Source: Macrostomum lignano (lineage: Eukaryota). From it: DNA of 64,000 bases. The position numbers were made by a program, and so were the translations under genes. Below the pieces are notes generated by a model that was not told where the DNA came from, did no database searches, and saw only the letters and a list, made by a program, of their open reading frames with translations. How positions within the stretch are numbered: the stretch's first letter is position 1; every line of letters starts with the position of its first letter. The stretch covers positions 294,755 to 358,754 of the forward strand of contig NIVC01000129.1 of NCBI GenBank assembly GCA_002269645.1, given 5' to 3'. Of the stretch, positions 62,079 to 64,000 are shown piece by piece.

Positions 62079-62900
62079 GTTGCTAGGGAATATCTCAGCT
62101 TGTGAAGCGTCTTTGTGTGTGTCTGAGGTGTCTTTTTAAAGCAGAGACATGCGTAAAACAGCTGTGCAAATTTCATGCAGAAAGATCAAAGTGGGACGAT
62201 GTAGCGGCTTCTCAAAAAACTACTATATACAGTATTCGGTATATTGGGAAACGTCGTAACAACAGTTGCTAGGGAATATCTCAGCTTGTGAAGCGTCTTT
62301 GTGTGTGTCTGAGGTGTCTTTTTAAAGCAGAGACATGCGTAAAACAGCTGTGCAAATTTCATGCAGAAAGATCAAAGTGGGACGATGTAGCAGCTTCTCA
62401 AAAAACTACTATATACAGTATTCAGTATATTGGGAAACGTCGTAACAACAGTTGCTAGGGAATATCTCAGCTTGTGAAGCGTCTTTGTGTGTGTCTGAGG
62501 TGTCTTTTTAAAGCAGAGACATGCGTAAAACAGCTGTGCAAATTTCATGCAGAAAGATCAAAGTGGGACGATGTAGCAGCTTCTCAAAAAACTACTATAT
62601 ACAGTATTCGGTATATTGGGAAACGTCGTAACAACAGTTGCTAGGGAATATCTCAGCTTGTGAAGCGTCTTTGTGTGTGTCTGAGGTGTCTTTTTAAAGC
62701 AGAGACATGCGTAAAACAGCTGTGCAAATTTCATGCAGAAAGATCAAAGTGGGACGATGTAGCAGCTTCTCAAAAAACTACTATATACAGTATTCGGTAT
62801 ATTGGGAAACGTCGTAACAACAGTTGCTAGGGAATATCTCAGCTTGTGAAGCGTCTTTGTGTGTGTCTGAGGTGTCTTTTTAAAGCAGAGACATGCGTAA
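62079..62900. repeat. 186-bp subterminal unit amplified ~4.4 times in the right MULE arm
   Basis: Units start at 62079, 62265, 62451, 62637 and 62823; about 1.2 inverted copies lie in the left arm. Confidence 0.93.
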
Positions 62901-64000
62901 AAGTTTCTATAAATTCACAGTATCTTGCGTAATAAATAGACAATTTTGTTAAACATTTACTGAACGATTTCTGAATGTCTGTCTGAATGTCTGTCGGGAA
63001 ACCAATACATAGCGGATCTTCGCAGCGATGCAGCCACCGCCATCTCAGAATCCGGATGGTGAACAGACACCGCTGGGATTCGATGAGACCGTGAAGCTGC
63101 TGAAGGAGCAGTTTGGTGGCAAGACCAACGTGGTGGCGGAGCGCCACAGGTTTCGGCAGCGAGGGCAGCGACCCGGTGAGAAAATCGCTGACTTTGTGGC
63201 AGCGCTGTACACGCTGGCCGGCTCGTGCGAGTTCGGCGGCATGACGGACGAGATGATTCGCGACCAGATCGTGGAGAAGGTCAGCGACAGGCGGATCAGA
63301 GAGCGCCTGCTCATCGAGGACGGCCTGACGCTCAAGACGGCAGTGACGCTGAGTCAGCAGTGGGAGACCAGCATCGCGGAAGCCAGTGCGATCGAGACTG
63401 GCGGCGCAGTTGCCATGGCAAGCCGAGGCGAGGCGGAGGTGAACAAGGTGCTACATCAGTTCGGAAAGTCCAGAGCTCAAGAACGGGCGGCTGCCGGGCG
63501 AGAGTCCTGTCCAAACTGCGGAGGCGGCCACAACAGGCGAGCGCGATGTCCTGCTGAAGGCAAGTCCTGTTATGCCTGTGGCAAGCAGAACCATTTTGGC
63601 AGGATGTGCAGGTCGCAGGGCACTAAGGTGGCCGAGGTTGGAGACGAGAGCAGCCGCGAGGTGTTCACCGTGCGTGGCACGGCCAGTCCCGACATCAGGT
63701 GCCGGCTGAAGGTCCAGGGCAGCTGGCTGAGCCTGCTGGTCGACTCGGGCGCGAAAGTGTCCATTCTATCGGAGAGGACCTACCGGAGGCTCGGGTCCAA
63801 GGCGCCGCTGCAGCCATCCAACAGGAAGCTCATCGCGTACAACGGCAAGGCTATCGACGTGCTGGGACAGGCGGTGCTGTCGGTCAACTACCGCGGGCAG
63901 AGTGTGCCGTTCTTCTGCTTCACAGTAGTGCAGCAGGGATCCGACATCATGGGCACCGATCTGATGCAGCAGCTCAGCTTCCAAGTGGTGGACCGGGACG

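Larger units (their letters stand above)
59576..63010 (-). mobile_element. Mutator-like (MULE) DNA transposon derivative with long TIRs
   Basis: 9-bp TSD AGCGGATCT at 59567-59575 and 63011-63019; near-perfect TIRs of about 320 bp starting ATGTATTGGTTTCCCGACAGAC. Confidence 0.92.
59046..64000 (+). mobile_element. Second Ty3/gypsy (Mag-like) element: 5' LTR, gag and protease, interrupted by a MULE; continues past the window
   Basis: LTR 59046-59214 with TGTTGTGT...ACACAACA ends; PBS-like TGGCATCGCAAGC at 59216; gag ATG 59353 to 59575, resuming in frame at 63020 (ERHRFRQR, IRDQIV, CCHC knuckles, LLVDSGAKVSIL) and open to 64000. Confidence 0.92.

Overview
Eukaryotic, intron-rich animal DNA with GC-rich exons, introns filled with tandem repeats, and nested transposons. 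The organisation resembles a free-living flatworm such as Macrostomum, which is inference only. Five host genes were built by hand from splice sites and codon phase. (1) An unknown minus-strand gene, 461-4652. (2) A 15-exon secreted protein of about 1220 aa made of a signal peptide plus 12 WSC domains, 10769-29284. (3) A glycyl-tRNA synthetase that looks mitochondrion-only and lacks Insertion 3, 29873-37325, minus strand. (4) A divergently transcribed PP2C-like (CG9801-type) gene, about 39359-43541. (5) A 3-exon orphan secreted Cys-rich protein, 51639-53679. Mobile elements: a Mag-like Ty3/gypsy provirus with near-identical LTRs (5946-10293); a 2.2-kb solo-LTR-like insert in a (TATC)n tract; two hAT-type MITEs with 8-bp TSDs; a degenerate piggyBac; a 5'-truncated RTE-like LINE; and a second gypsy element interrupted by a Mutator-like element (9-bp TSD) whose transposase remnant is spliced to a Ulp1/C48 protease domain. 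No rRNA, tRNA or CRISPR array is supported. Most long ORFs in the track are artefacts of the repeats.
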